Below, piece by piece: positions 46,940-58,213 of a stretch of DNA of 64,000 bases. The notes under the pieces were generated by a model. The model did not search any database. It had not been told where the DNA came from and saw only the letters and a program-made list of their open reading frames with translations. The DNA lies in NCBI GenBank assembly GCA_965242695.1, contig CBDESU010000002.1:64001-128000 (forward strand), read 5' to 3'. The number at the start of each line of letters is the position of its first letter. Position 1 is the first letter of the stretch. The position numbers and the translations under genes were made by a program. This stretch comes from Cenarchaeum sp. (lineage in GTDB: Archaea; Thermoproteota; Nitrososphaeria; Nitrososphaerales; Nitrosopumilaceae).

Positions 46940-47800
46940 GTGGGGGCGGGGGGCGTGGGGCGCCGCCCTGTCCGCAGGGGATGGATGCCCAGGTACCGCC
47001 GGATACTCGCCGAGTTCGGGTACAGTGAGCGCAGGGACCGCGAGGCGGCCGCGCGGCTCGATGCGGCGCTCGCCGGCCCGCTCCCCGCCGCCCGCGTCGG
47101 CGAGATCGTCAGGGGCAGGACCGCAATAGTGGCCGGCGCCGGCCCGTCCCTGCACCGGCTTGCCGGCGCGCTGCAAAGGCGCGGCATGCCGCAGGGGGCG
47201 GCCCTCGTGTCGGCCGACAGCGCGACCGGCGCGCTGCTAGATGCCGGCGCCGTCCCCGATATAGTCGTGACCGACCTTGACGGCGGCCGGCGCAGCCTGG
47301 AGAGGGCGGCGGATGCGGGATCCGCAATGGTCGTCCACGCGCACGGCGACAACATTGCAGAGATCGCCTGGGCGGCGTCCCGGCTCGGCCGCAGGTGCAT
47401 GGGCACGGCGCAGTGCAGGCCGGTCGGCTCGCTGCACAACTTTGGGGGGTTTACCGACGGGGACAGGGCCGCGTTCCTTGCAGACTCGCTCGGGGCGTCG
47501 CGCATCGTGTTGTGCGGGATGGACCTGTCCGGCGGCCGCATAGGGTCGGCATCGGCCACGCCGGCGTCCGCCCGCGCCGCCAAGCTCGGAAAGCTCGCCT
47601 GGGCAAGGCGCCTGCTCGAGTGGCTCGCGCAGACGTCGCAGTGCGGCCTGCTTACGGCCTCGGACGGGCCGATCGAGGGGTTCGGGAGGGCCGGCATCGG
47701 CGGCATGTGCGAATGGGGCGCGCGGCGGGAGCGCGGCGATGTGGGAGGCGTTCCGGCACGGGGGACGGGGCGGCGGGCGGATGCGCGCGCAAGTCACTGA
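46940..47800 (+). CDS. mptE: 6-hydroxymethyl-7,8-dihydropterin pyrophosphokinase, archaeal type
   Basis: GAGPSL, VTDLDG, HAHGDN and GGFTDGDRA. The start is approximate. Confidence 0.9.
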   Translation: MGAGGVGRRPVRRGWMPRYRRILAEFGYSERRDREAAARLDAALAGPLPAARVGEIVRGRTAIVAGAGPSLHRLAGALQRRGMPQGAALVSADSATGALLDAGAVPDIVVTDLDGGRRSLERAADAGSAMVVHAHGDNIAEIAWAASRLGRRCMGTAQCRPVGSLHNFGGFTDGDRAAFLADSLGASRIVLCGMDLSGGRIGSASATPASARAAKLGKLAWARRLLEWLAQTSQCGLLTASDGPIEGFGRAGIGGMCEWGARRERGDVGGVPARGTGRRADARASH

Positions 47801-47837
47801 CGAATGCGTTTTATAGCTCGCAGGGTGGTGCGGCGGC

Positions 47838-48536
47838 ATGGCACCCCCCACGGGCGAGGACAGGGTGCGGTCGATCCTGGCGGTCAAGGAGTACGTGGCC
47901 AAGAAGATCGAAGAGTACGAGGCCGAGATCGAGATGCTGCGCAGCAACCTAGAGCTGCTCGACTCGACCCTGACAAGGTCCAGCTTTGCAAAGGCGTCCG
48001 ACCTGCTGCGCGGGGAGGGCGCCGCGCCCGACTCGGGAGCGGGGGAGGGCGCCGCAGGCCCCGCATCCGGCGCAGGCGGGGCGGCCGAGGGGCGCGGGAG
48101 CGGGGCCGCCCCGGGCGACCCCGGCGCAGGCGGGGCGGCGGAAATGACGTCGATTGTCGGGCCCGGCGGCCAGGTCCTTGCAAGGGCGCACGTCACGGAC
48201 GACAGGGTGTCGATCGTAATGGCCGACGGCATCGACGTCGATGCCGAGTCGGACCAGATACAGGAGTTTCTCCTGGGCAAGGTGGTCGGCAGGATGAAGC
48301 GCGAGGACGCGGTGGCCGTCGAGGACGGCAAGATCGAGGCCGGCGAGACGGTCGACGTCAAGGTAGAGTCGGACGGGGCTCGCCTCGTGTCCATTACCGT
48401 CAGCAGGTACCGCGAGCGGGAGAGGTCCAACGAGATCGTCGGCACGGCCAGGTGGGCCATCAACCAGCTAGTCGGCGGGGCGGCATCCGGATCGTCCCAG
48501 TCTGCATCGCCGGCGGCCGGGGCCGGGCCGGAGTAG
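47838..48536 (+). CDS. Hypothetical protein with N-terminal coiled coil
   Basis: 232 aa with natural composition, and TTTTATA about 25 nt upstream. Confidence 0.75.
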   Translation: MAPPTGEDRVRSILAVKEYVAKKIEEYEAEIEMLRSNLELLDSTLTRSSFAKASDLLRGEGAAPDSGAGEGAAGPASGAGGAAEGRGSGAAPGDPGAGGAAEMTSIVGPGGQVLARAHVTDDRVSIVMADGIDVDAESDQIQEFLLGKVVGRMKREDAVAVEDGKIEAGETVDVKVESDGARLVSITVSRYRERERSNEIVGTARWAINQLVGGAASGSSQSASPAAGAGPE

Positions 48537-48550
48537 CGGGCGGTGGTTGC

Positions 48551-50095
48551 ACGGACACCATCGCCGTGCTCGACTTTGGGTCGCAGTACAGCCACCTCAT
48601 ATGCAGGCGCATACGCGACTTTTCCGTCAGGGCCGAGCTCGTTCCGTACGACACGCCGGCGGCGCGCCTCGCCGAGATGTCGCCGAAGGGGATCGTCCTG
48701 TCCGGCGGGCCGGCGAGCGTGTACGCCGGCGGCGCGCCGCGGCCCGACCCCGCCGTCTTTGATGCCGGCGTGCCTGTCCTCGGCATCTGCTACGGCCACC
48801 AGGTCATCGTCGACAGGTTCGGCGGGGCCGTAAAGAGGGCCAACCGCGAGTACGGCTCGTCCGTCCTGTCGGTGGTCGGGGGCGGCGAGGGCGGGGACGG
48901 GGGCGGCCTGCTCGACGGGCTCGGCGGCTCGACGAGGGCATGGATGAGCCACGGCGACGAGGCCGAGCGCGTGCCGGACGGGTTCGAGGTGATAGGGAGG
49001 ACGGACTCGTCGGCGGCGGCGGCCATAGCGGACACGAGCAGGTCGGTCTATGGCATCCAGTTCCACCCAGAGGTGGCCCACACCGAAAAGGGCGACCTCG
49101 TGCTGCGCAACTTTGCCGTCGGCATCTGCGGCGCAAGGCGGGAGTGGACCATGGAGGCGTTCGTCGACGAGGCCGTCGCGAGGCTCTCGCGCTCCGAGGG
49201 GCGCGTGCTGTGCGGGATCAGCGGCGGCGTCGACTCTACCGTGGCGGCCGCCCTGCTGCACCGCGCAGTCGGCGGGCGCCTCGCGTGCGTGTTCGTCGAC
49301 AACGGCCTGCTCAGGGAGGGCGAGCGCGCCGAGGTCGAGGAGGCCCTCGGCGCGAGCGGGCTGGGCCTGCCCGTCGAGTACGTCGACGCATCGGCTCGGT
49401 TCCTCGGCAGGCTCGCAGGCGTGTCCGATCCAGAGCGCAAGAGGCTCATCATAGGCGAGGAGTTTGCCGCCGTGTTCTCCGAGTTTGCCGGCGCCAACGG
49501 CCCGTTCAGGTCGCTCGCGCAGGGCACGCTGTACCCCGACGTGATAGAGAGCGGCGTCTCGGGCGGGCCGGCGGCGGTCATCAAGTCGCACCACAACGTC
49601 GGCGGCCTGCCCGACTGGCTCGGCCTCGACGTGGTCGAGCCGCTGCGCGACCTGTACAAGGACGAGGTGCGGCGCGTCGCCGGCATACTCGGCGTTCCCG
49701 ACTCGCTCGTCTGGAGGCACCCGTTCCCCGGCCCGGGCCTTGCAGTGCGCGTGATCGGGGAGGTGACGGCCGAAAAGCTCGCCATGTGCAGGCGCGCAAG
49801 CCGCATCGTCGAGGACGAGCTGCGCCGCGCCGGCCTGTACGGGTCCGTCTGGCAGGCGTACGCGGCCGTCGGCGACGACAGGGCCGTCGGCGTCGTCGGC
49901 GACGAGCGCATCTACGGCCGCATCGTAATGGTCAGGATCGTCGACTCGGTCGACGCAATGACGGCAGACTGGACAAGGGTGCCGAGCGCGGTCCTAGAGG
50001 CGATCAGCAACAGGATCACCAACGAGGTGGAGGGCGCCGCGTGGGTGACGTACGCGGTATCGAGCAAGCCGCCGGCGACGATCGAGCCGCAGTAG
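48551..50095 (+). CDS. guaA: GMP synthase (glutamine-hydrolysing); start non-canonical or uncertain
   Basis: DFGSQY, GICYG, QFHPEV, SGGVDS, IKSHHNVG, HPFPGPGL and KPPATIE. Confidence 0.96.
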   Translation, partial: TDTIAVLDFGSQYSHLICRRIRDFSVRAELVPYDTPAARLAEMSPKGIVLSGGPASVYAGGAPRPDPAVFDAGVPVLGICYGHQVIVDRFGGAVKRANREYGSSVLSVVGGGEGGDGGGLLDGLGGSTRAWMSHGDEAERVPDGFEVIGRTDSSAAAAIADTSRSVYGIQFHPEVAHTEKGDLVLRNFAVGICGARREWTMEAFVDEAVARLSRSEGRVLCGISGGVDSTVAAALLHRAVGGRLACVFVDNGLLREGERAEVEEALGASGLGLPVEYVDASARFLGRLAGVSDPERKRLIIGEEFAAVFSEFAGANGPFRSLAQGTLYPDVIESGVSGGPAAVIKSHHNVGGLPDWLGLDVVEPLRDLYKDEVRRVAGILGVPDSLVWRHPFPGPGLAVRVIGEVTAEKLAMCRRASRIVEDELRRAGLYGSVWQAYAAVGDDRAVGVVGDERIYGRIVMVRIVDSVDAMTADWTRVPSAVLEAISNRITNEVEGAAWVTYAVSSKPPATIEPQ

Positions 50096-50097
50096 CC

Positions 50098-51159
<1,062 letters not shown>

Positions 51160-51246
51160 GGCCGGTTGCCTGGATCGCCGTAAAAATACCGTGCGGCGGG
51201 GAAGAGTGGGAAGGATGCGGCGCGGAAAGAGGGAGTCGGGGCGCGG

Positions 51247-52884
51247 CTACATCGGGGGCCCGCCGGCTCCGCCGCCAGGCGGCCCGCCCGAGTCGCCCGC
51301 AATGGCGATCACGTCGTCGATGCGCAATACCATGCACGCCGCCTCGGTTGCCGACTTTACAATCTGCTCCTTTACCGCGACCGGCTCTACGACGTCGATT
51401 GCGGCCATGTCGGCGATCTTTGTGTTGCGCGCGTCGATCCCGGTAGAGGTCATGCCCTGCGAGTGGCTCTGGCGCAGCGAGGCGAGCGTGTCGATGGGAT
51501 CCATCCCCGCATTCTCGGCGATCGTAAGGGGTATCGTCTCGAGCGACTCGGCGTACTTTTTGATGGCCAGCTGCTCGCGGCCGTCAAACGTGTCGGCCCA
51601 CGTCTTTAGCTGCGCCGCAATGTACGCCTCGGCCGAGCCGCCGCCGGACACGATTGCGGGCCGCTCGATCACGTCGCGCACCACCATGAGGGCGTCGTGC
51701 ATGGACCGGTCGACCTCGTCGACTACGCGCTGCGAGCCGCCCCTGATCAGGATCGTAACAGACTGCGGCTTCTTGCAGCCCTCGACGAACACCCACTTGT
51801 CCGACTCTACCTTTTTCTGGTAGACCTTTTCGGCCGACCCGAGGTCCTCGGCCTGCAGGTCGTCGATGTTGGTCGTGACGCGGCCGCCCGTCGCCTTTGC
51901 GAGCTTTGTCATGTCGCTCTCCTTTACGCGGCGGACGGCGAGTATGCCGCTCTTTGCAAGATAGTGCTGCGCAATGTCGTCGATTCCCTTTTGGCAGAGC
52001 AGGACGTTGGCGCCGGCCTCGTGTATCTTGCTGACCATCGACTGGAGCATGCGGCTCTCCTCCTCTAGGAACATCTGCATCTGCGTCGGGTCGGTAATGC
52101 GAATCTCCGAGCTCATCTCGGTCTTTTCGACCTCTAGCGCCGCGTTGAGCAGGGCTATCCGCGCAACGTCGATCCTGGTCGGCATGCCGCTGTGGACGAC
52201 CTCCTTGTCCAGGACGATCCCCGAGACAAGCTGCGTGTCGGATATAGAGCCGCCCGACTTTTTCTCGACCTTTACGTCGTCGAGGTCTACGGCGTACGTC
52301 CCGTCCTCCTTTTTCTCGGCGATCCTCACGACGGCGCTCACGACGAGCCGCGACAGCGGGTCGCTGTCCTCAGAGATGAGCTTCGACTGCATGCTCGTCT
52401 TTGCCACCTTTAGGAGAGAGTCCTCGTCGGTGGGCTCTACCGAGCTTGCAAGGTCGCCGATCATCTCGAGCGACTTTTCGGCCGCCGCCTGGTACCCCTC
52501 TACGACTACCGACGAGTGGACGTCCTTCTTGAGCAGGTCTTCGGCCTTTTCAAGCAGGGCGCCGCCGAACACGACCGACGAGGTGGTGCCGTCGCCGACC
52601 TCGTTGTCCATGGTCTTTGATATCTCGACCATCATCTTGGCGGCCGGATGCTGCACGTCGATCTCCTTTAGGATCGTCGCGCCGTCGTTGGTGATTGTAA
52701 CGTCGCCGAGCGAGTCGACGAGCATCTTGTCCAGGCCGCGCGGGCCGAGGCTGGAGCGGACCAGGTCGGCCACGAGGCGCGCCGCCGCGATGTTGTTGTG
52801 CTGCGCGTCGCGGCCCTTTTGCTGCAGGGCGCTCTCCTTGAGGACGAGTACGGGCCCCTGCGGCGTCTGCTGGATCGATGCCAA
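51247..52884 (-). CDS. ths: Thermosome (group II chaperonin) subunit
   Basis: LGPRGLDKML, TNDGATIL, GDGTTS and LRIDDVI. Confidence 0.98.
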   Translation of the reverse strand: MASIQQTPQGPVLVLKESALQQKGRDAQHNNIAAARLVADLVRSSLGPRGLDKMLVDSLGDVTITNDGATILKEIDVQHPAAKMMVEISKTMDNEVGDGTTSSVVFGGALLEKAEDLLKKDVHSSVVVEGYQAAAEKSLEMIGDLASSVEPTDEDSLLKVAKTSMQSKLISEDSDPLSRLVVSAVVRIAEKKEDGTYAVDLDDVKVEKKSGGSISDTQLVSGIVLDKEVVHSGMPTRIDVARIALLNAALEVEKTEMSSEIRITDPTQMQMFLEEESRMLQSMVSKIHEAGANVLLCQKGIDDIAQHYLAKSGILAVRRVKESDMTKLAKATGGRVTTNIDDLQAEDLGSAEKVYQKKVESDKWVFVEGCKKPQSVTILIRGGSQRVVDEVDRSMHDALMVVRDVIERPAIVSGGGSAEAYIAAQLKTWADTFDGREQLAIKKYAESLETIPLTIAENAGMDPIDTLASLRQSHSQGMTSTGIDARNTKIADMAAIDVVEPVAVKEQIVKSATEAACMVLRIDDVIAIAGDSGGPPGGGAGGPPM

Positions 52885-52927
52885 CGGCCGGCGCGCCCCA
52901 AGTACCCTATATGAACATTCGGATGGC

Positions 52928-54991
52928 TCAATTTCGGCGTCCCGCGCGCCCTGCGAGCGCCGGGATCAGCGTGCGCGACCGGACGTCGACCATGCCGGCG
53001 TGCAGGAGGCGCACCGAGGGGAGGGCCAGGAACGGCAGGAAGAGCGGCACAAGGTGGGGCCGCGCGAGCGGGCAGCCGGCGTCGGCGATCGCCTCGTTGA
53101 CCGCCCTGAACTGCGCGGCGGCCTCGTCGAACGGCGCCGTCGATGCGATCCCGGCGAACTCGAGCGGCATCGATGCGAGCAGGCGGCGGCCCCCGTCACC
53201 GTCCCCGCCGCGGCCGCGGCCGGGCGCCGGGGGAGGAGGGGGAGGGGCCCGCGAGAGGGAAGAGGCGGCCGCGGGGCGGCGGGCAGCGGAGGCGGCCCGC
53301 CCGCCGCCTCGCCCCCCGGAGGAGGAGGGCGAGACGACGGCCATGCCGCCGCGCGTCGCAATGACGGCGTTCGCCGCCGCGGCCATGTCGGCCTCGTCCC
53401 GCCCGATCACCACCAGGTCGTTTTCGTGAAAGCTCCACGTGGATGCGAACGCGCCTATCCCGTCTGCGCCGAACCCGCGGAGGAACGCGACGGCCGAGCG
53501 CCCAGATCCGCGCACCCTGTCGAACGCGGCCGCCTTCCAGATATCGTCGCCGGATGCGGCGCGCACGTTGCCGTCGCGCGCCTCGAGCTCGGCCGCGCCG
53601 CGGCGCGTGACGATCTCGGTCGCCAGGTCTATCGTGTTGGCCTCGACGCGGACGCGCCGCTCCGCGGACGCGCCGCCCCGGGGCCGGACGGCAAAGTCGG
53701 CCGGCGAGAGGCGGCGCAGCATGACGGTGCGCCGCGTCCATGCCCTGGGCCGGCGGCGGGGCGGCCGCGGCCGCCGGCCCGGCGGGGCGGCAAGGCGCCC
53801 CGACTCGACGGTCTGCTTGCCGCCGACAAACACGTCAGAGACCCTGAACGTCTCCAGGTCGCCGAGCACGACGATGTCGGCAAGCCGCCCCGGCGCTATC
53901 CCCCCCAGGTCGCGCGACATACCGTAGTGGTCAAAGCAGTTTCGCGATGCCATTGCGATCGCCTCGGCCGGCGGAACCCCGGCGGCGGCGGCCTCCCGCA
54001 CGCATCGGTCCATGTGCCCGTGCGTCTCGAGGTCGACCGGGTCGACCCCGTCCGAGCAGAGCATGAGGCGGTCGAGGCGCGCGCCGGCGGCGAGCAGGCC
54101 CGCCAGTATGCCGCGCAGGTCGCGGCGTATCGAGCCCTCGCGAGCCATCACCCACATGCCGAGGCGGAGGCGCTCGGCCGCCTGCCCGCCGTCTATGGGC
54201 TCGTGGCACGAGTGTATGCCGGCGGCGGCGTACGCGCTCAGCTTTGCCCCCGACGCGCCGGCCGTGTGGCCGTTGACCGGGCATCCGAGGCCGAGCATCG
54301 AGGCGACCGAGCGCATCGCCGGCGCGTTGCGGGCCGTGATCTTTGTCCACGAAAAGACCTCGCCCATGCAGGCCACGTCCGGGCGCGCGGCGGCCGCGGC
54401 CTCTTCCTCCGGCGACAGGGCGGGGCCGTGCCCGAACCGGGGCTCGACGGGCAGGCCTCCCGGGACGGCCTGGAATATGCGCACCGGCAGGGAGCCGCAC
54501 AGCCTCGCGAACTCGGCAAGGCCCTCGTACCCGGCCACGCGCACGATGTCGATCGGATCGGAGAACATCGACGTCGTGCCGCGCAGGGCGGCGCGGGCGG
54601 CAAACTCGGACGGCAGGACGAACTGGTCGAGGTGGACGTGCGGGTCGGCAAGGCCCGGGCAGGCGTGGCGGCCGCGCGCGTCGTAGAGGCGCGTACTGGG
54701 GCCGCGCGCGTGCGACGCGTCGGGCCCCACGTACGCGATGCGGTCGCCCGAGACGGCCACGTCGGTGCCCCGCAGCACCTCGCCCGTGTACACGGAGACG
54801 AGCGAGCAGTCCCTTACGATCAGGTCGGCCGGGCGGTCGCCGGCGGCTACCGCCGCCAGCCGCGATATCGACGAGGGCAGGTACGAGGCGCCCGGGATGC
54901 GGCCCGGGTCGCGGCCGCCTCCCCGGGGCGGCAAGAGGCGGCCCCCCCGCCCCCCGCCGGGCCGCGCGGAGGGGGCCTGGGCGGCTGCCAC
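52928..54991 (-). CDS. ade: Adenine deaminase family amidohydrolase
   Basis: PGLADPHVH, GH, SCHE, REGS, CSDG and IAPGRLAD. Confidence 0.88.
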   Translation of the reverse strand: MAAAQAPSARPGGGRGGRLLPPRGGGRDPGRIPGASYLPSSISRLAAVAAGDRPADLIVRDCSLVSVYTGEVLRGTDVAVSGDRIAYVGPDASHARGPSTRLYDARGRHACPGLADPHVHLDQFVLPSEFAARAALRGTTSMFSDPIDIVRVAGYEGLAEFARLCGSLPVRIFQAVPGGLPVEPRFGHGPALSPEEEAAAAARPDVACMGEVFSWTKITARNAPAMRSVASMLGLGCPVNGHTAGASGAKLSAYAAAGIHSCHEPIDGGQAAERLRLGMWVMAREGSIRRDLRGILAGLLAAGARLDRLMLCSDGVDPVDLETHGHMDRCVREAAAAGVPPAEAIAMASRNCFDHYGMSRDLGGIAPGRLADIVVLGDLETFRVSDVFVGGKQTVESGRLAAPPGRRPRPPRRRPRAWTRRTVMLRRLSPADFAVRPRGGASAERRVRVEANTIDLATEIVTRRGAAELEARDGNVRAASGDDIWKAAAFDRVRGSGRSAVAFLRGFGADGIGAFASTWSFHENDLVVIGRDEADMAAAANAVIATRGGMAVVSPSSSGGRGGGRAASAARRPAAASSLSRAPPPPPPAPGRGRGGDGDGGRRLLASMPLEFAGIASTAPFDEAAAQFRAVNEAIADAGCPLARPHLVPLFLPFLALPSVRLLHAGMVDVRSRTLIPALAGRAGRRN

Positions 54992-55050
54992 GCGCCGTCA
55001 GGGGCGGGCGCATATTTAACGCTTAAATGCCCGCGCATGCGGGCGCGCCC

Positions 55051-55338
55051 GTGAACTACCCAAAGGCCATCCGCCGGTACTGCCCGCGGTGCAAGCAGCA
55101 CACGCTGCAAAAGGTCTCGATCTACAAGGCCGGCAAGCGGCGCGCGTCAGCGATCGGCGAGCGCCGCCACGCCGAGGACAAGAAGGGGTACGGCGGGCAA
55201 AAGTTCCCAAAGCTGGCAAAGCCGGCAAAGGTGACGAAGAAGGTCACGCGCATCCTCACGTGCCCCGGCTGCAAGAAAAAGTTCAGCACAAGGGGCATAC
55301 GGATCAAAAAGTTCGAGCTGGTGGCGACTGCGGCATGA
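55051..55338 (+). CDS. rpl44e: 50S ribosomal protein L44e
   Basis: YCPRCKQHT, KKGYGGQKFP and CPGC. Confidence 0.96.
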   Translation: MNYPKAIRRYCPRCKQHTLQKVSIYKAGKRRASAIGERRHAEDKKGYGGQKFPKLAKPAKVTKKVTRILTCPGCKKKFSTRGIRIKKFELVATAA

Positions 55339-55562
55339 AGAGGGAGCACAAGGAGATACCGGAGCCGTCGAGCACCTTCAACAGGGTGCAGTGCGACGAG
55401 TGCAAGGAGACGCAGATCATCTACTCGCATGCGACGACGCTCGTCACGTGCCACTCTTGCGGGAACGAGATAGCCACCCCGACCGGGTCGGCCGCCGTCC
55501 TCAAGGGCAAGAGGATGGAGTCGGTCTCTAGCCAGCCGGCGGCCGCGCCGGCCCGCGAGTGA
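55335..55562 (+). CDS. rps27e: 30S ribosomal protein S27e
   Basis: PEPSSTF.RVQCDEC...IYSH...CHSCG...PTG, with an ATGA overlap. Confidence 0.94.
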   Translation: MKREHKEIPEPSSTFNRVQCDECKETQIIYSHATTLVTCHSCGNEIATPTGSAAVLKGKRMESVSSQPAAAPARE

Positions 55563-55597
55563 GGGACGGCCGAGGGTGTGGGCGCCGGCCGCCCCGG

Positions 55598-56245
55598 CTA
55601 GCGCTCGCAGCCTGCCCTGCGCGCGGCAGGCTCAATGTCCGCGGCGATGTTGTAGCTGACCCGAAGCGCCGGGAGGTCGAGGACAATGCGGGCCTCGTCG
55701 ACCGCTTCCGCGCCGCGCCGCCGGGCGGCGCCCCCGAGGTCGACAATGGACACGCCGGTGTAGGCCGCCTCCCCGCCGGGCGCCAGGTACTCGAACCGGC
55801 CGGCATCGCCGCCCTTGACCGGCACGACAAAGGCGGCCCACGCGGGCCGGCGCCCGTCCCGCCCGGCGCGCGCGGCGTACGCCCGCTCCACGGCGCGCAC
55901 GTCGGCGGCGCGCAGGAGCGGCATGTCGCCGGGAACGGCCAGCACCCTTCCCCTGTGCCCGCGGCCTGCCAGGACCGACAGGGCCGCGGCAAGGTCCAGC
56001 GAATAGCCGTCCGCAGGCGTCGGGACGGTTCCGATGCCGGCGCGGCGGAGGGCGGCCGCGGCGGCCGGCGCGCGCGGGCTTGTCGCTGCGTACACCTCGG
56101 ACACTACACCCGAGGAGCGCAGGGCGTCGACTACGCCGAGGACGACGGGCATGCCGTCGCCGCGCCCGGCGAGGAGCTTTTCGGCGGGGCCTCCGCTCGC
56201 GGCCATGCGGGACCCGCGGCCGCCGGCCATTACGAGCCCGATCAT
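55598..56245 (-). CDS. cobY: GTP:adenosylcobinamide-phosphate guanylyltransferase-like NTP transferase
   Basis: MAGGRGSRM...EK, GYSLDL and PGDMP, in a cobalamin gene context. Confidence 0.8.
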   Translation of the reverse strand: MIGLVMAGGRGSRMAASGGPAEKLLAGRGDGMPVVLGVVDALRSSGVVSEVYAATSPRAPAAAAALRRAGIGTVPTPADGYSLDLAAALSVLAGRGHRGRVLAVPGDMPLLRAADVRAVERAYAARAGRDGRRPAWAAFVVPVKGGDAGRFEYLAPGGEAAYTGVSIVDLGGAARRRGAEAVDEARIVLDLPALRVSYNIAADIEPAARRAGCER

Positions 56246-57057
56246 GCCGAGACAAAGACCAGCACGGCGGCCAGGCGAGCAACCTCGTTGCCAGCGCCGA
56301 GCACGTCGCCAGTGATCCCCCCCAGGCTTCTTGACGATACGAGCACAAGGACGAGGGCGGCCGCCGCGGCGGCCGCAAGCGCGAGCGCCCCGGCATGCCC
56401 CCCCAGCGCGACTGCCGGCACGGCGGCGGCCGCGGCTGCCGCGGCAAGCCGCAGCCGGCCGGTTCGGCCGCGGGCGGCCCCTGCAAAGACGGCGCCCGAG
56501 CCGGCGGCGGCCGGGCGGCCGGCGGCGGCCATCAGCACCATTGCAAACTTTGCGGCCGCCTCGGAGAGGACGACGGCCAGCAGCATCCCGTACGCGCCGC
56601 CGGCAAGCGACAGGCCTGCGACGGCGCCGATGCACGACAGGGCCACGGCAGACGTGCCGGCCGCGCCGACCGAGCCGTCGCGCATGGCCGCGATGCGGCG
56701 GGCCCTCGTGCCGCGCGCCATCAGGCCGTCGGCCGCATCCGCCAGCCCGTCCAGGTGGTGGAATCCCGTCAGGACGGCCGTGGCTGCGACCGCCACGAAC
56801 GCGGCGACGAGCGGGTCGGCGCCGGCGAGCATCGCGCCTGCGCCGGCCGAGCCGGCCGCAAGGCCGAGGATCATCCCGACTATCGGGAACGCGGGCATGC
56901 CGCGGGCGGCCGGCTCGAGGGCCCGCGGCCCGACCGCATCCGTGCCGGCATCGGCGCCAGCGCCGGCGCCGGCGGGCCGCGCCCCGGCTCTGCCCCCTCC
57001 CCCGACGGGCAGCACGGTCAGGAACGACAGGGCCGCCCGGAACGGATCGTCAGCCAA
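56242..57057 (-). CDS. cobS: Adenosylcobinamide-GDP ribazoletransferase (cobalamin synthase)
   Basis: SFLTVLP, TGFHHLDGLADAADG, MRD..VG and GGITGDVLGA. Confidence 0.93.
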   Translation of the reverse strand: MADDPFRAALSFLTVLPVGGGGRAGARPAGAGAGADAGTDAVGPRALEPAARGMPAFPIVGMILGLAAGSAGAGAMLAGADPLVAAFVAVAATAVLTGFHHLDGLADAADGLMARGTRARRIAAMRDGSVGAAGTSAVALSCIGAVAGLSLAGGAYGMLLAVVLSEAAAKFAMVLMAAAGRPAAAGSGAVFAGAARGRTGRLRLAAAAAAAAVPAVALGGHAGALALAAAAAAALVLVLVSSRSLGGITGDVLGAGNEVARLAAVLVFVSA

Positions 57058-58213
57058 GCGCCAGCCACCACGCCCAGGATACGGCCGCGGCCGACACGGC
57101 GGCAACGGTGCATGCAAACACGGCGCATGCGGCCTTCATAATCGACACCGACGAGCGTATGAGCGCCGCATCGGGAAGCTGGGCAGGGGCGGAGGGGGCG
57201 GAGGGGGCGGAGGGGGCGGAGGGGGCGGAGGGGGCGGAGGGGGCGGAGGGGGGCCGGCTCGCGCCCAGGCAGTACGATCCCACTTTTTCAAGCCTGGCCC
57301 CGAGGGCGCCTGCCATCGCCGCCATCGGGTACCCCGAGTTGAGGCTGTCCGGCGCCGACGCGTCGCGCGCCATGACCCTGTACGCCGCGCGCCAGTCCGC
57401 GCGCGGGACGAGCGCGGCCGCGGCGACCACGCAGAGTGCCGTCAGGCGCGCTGGCGCATAGTTGAGGGCCGTGTCGCACCTAGCCGCAAACCACCCGAGG
57501 TCGCGGAACATCCACGTGCGGTACCCGACCATCGAGTCGAGCGTGCTGACGGTCCGATGCGCAAACGCGCCGGGCAGCCCGAACAGCCCAAAGTAGAACA
57601 GCGGCCCCGTCACGCCGTCGACCGTATTCTCAGAGACGCTCTCGATGGCGGCCGAGGCGACGTGCGCGCCGTCAAGCCGCGACGTGTCGCGCTTTACGAT
57701 CATTGCAAGGGATGCGCGCGCGCCGTCCAGGTCGCCCTCATCGAGCCGCCGCGCCACCGCGAGCGCATGCACCTCCATGCCGCGCAGCGATAACGTCGTC
57801 TTTAGCAGGACGGCCGAGGCGGCGGCCGGCAGCGCAAGGGCCAGGACGGCGGCAGGCCAGCCGGCGGCCGGCACGGGGGTGCCTGGCCAGCATGGCGGCC
57901 AGGGCCAGGCCAGGGCGGCGGCGGCACCCAGGGCCGCGGATGCGGCCCACGCCAGGCCGGCTACAAGTGCGACCATCCCGGCGACCAGGGCCGCGCCGGC
58001 GGCCCTCTTCCCCCCAGGCCCCCCCCTCCGGCCCGCCGCGAGCAGGCGCGGCACGGCCGCGCCGGCAAGCCGCCCGGCCCACGCGGTAGGGTGCAGGCGG
58101 TTTGGCGGATCGCCGGCGGCGCGATCCAGGAGCAGGGCGGCGGCCATCGTGCACGACCCGGCGGCGGCCGCGCCGGCGGCGCCCCACCACCACAGGCAGG
58201 CCTCAGCGGCCAC
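57050..58213 (-). CDS. cbiB: Adenosylcobinamide-phosphate synthase
   Basis: GDPPNRLHP, ESVSEN.VDG, TLDSMVGY and NSGYPMAAMAGAL. Confidence 0.93.
   Translation of the reverse strand: MAAEACLWWWGAAGAAAAGSCTMAAALLLDRAAGDPPNRLHPTAWAGRLAGAAVPRLLAAGRRGGPGGKRAAGAALVAGMVALVAGLAWAASAALGAAAALAWPWPPCWPGTPVPAAGWPAAVLALALPAAASAVLLKTTLSLRGMEVHALAVARRLDEGDLDGARASLAMIVKRDTSRLDGAHVASAAIESVSENTVDGVTGPLFYFGLFGLPGAFAHRTVSTLDSMVGYRTWMFRDLGWFAARCDTALNYAPARLTALCVVAAAALVPRADWRAAYRVMARDASAPDSLNSGYPMAAMAGALGARLEKVGSYCLGASRPPSAPSAPSAPSAPSAPSAPSAPAQLPDAALIRSSVSIMKAACAVFACTVAAVSAAAVSWAWWLALG
57186..57252. repeat. 9-bp in-frame microsatellite (GGGGCGGAG) about 7 copies, encoding (PSA)n in cbiB
   Basis: Directly visible tandem array. 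Confidence 0.95.

Noticed and set aside
51974-55054. 1026-aa plus-strand ORF and similar long antisense ORFs (24417..26510, 47237..49720, 55559..57793, 57645..59957)
   Set aside because: They are antisense shadows of recognisable genes, caused by high GC and scarce stop codons, and have no motifs.
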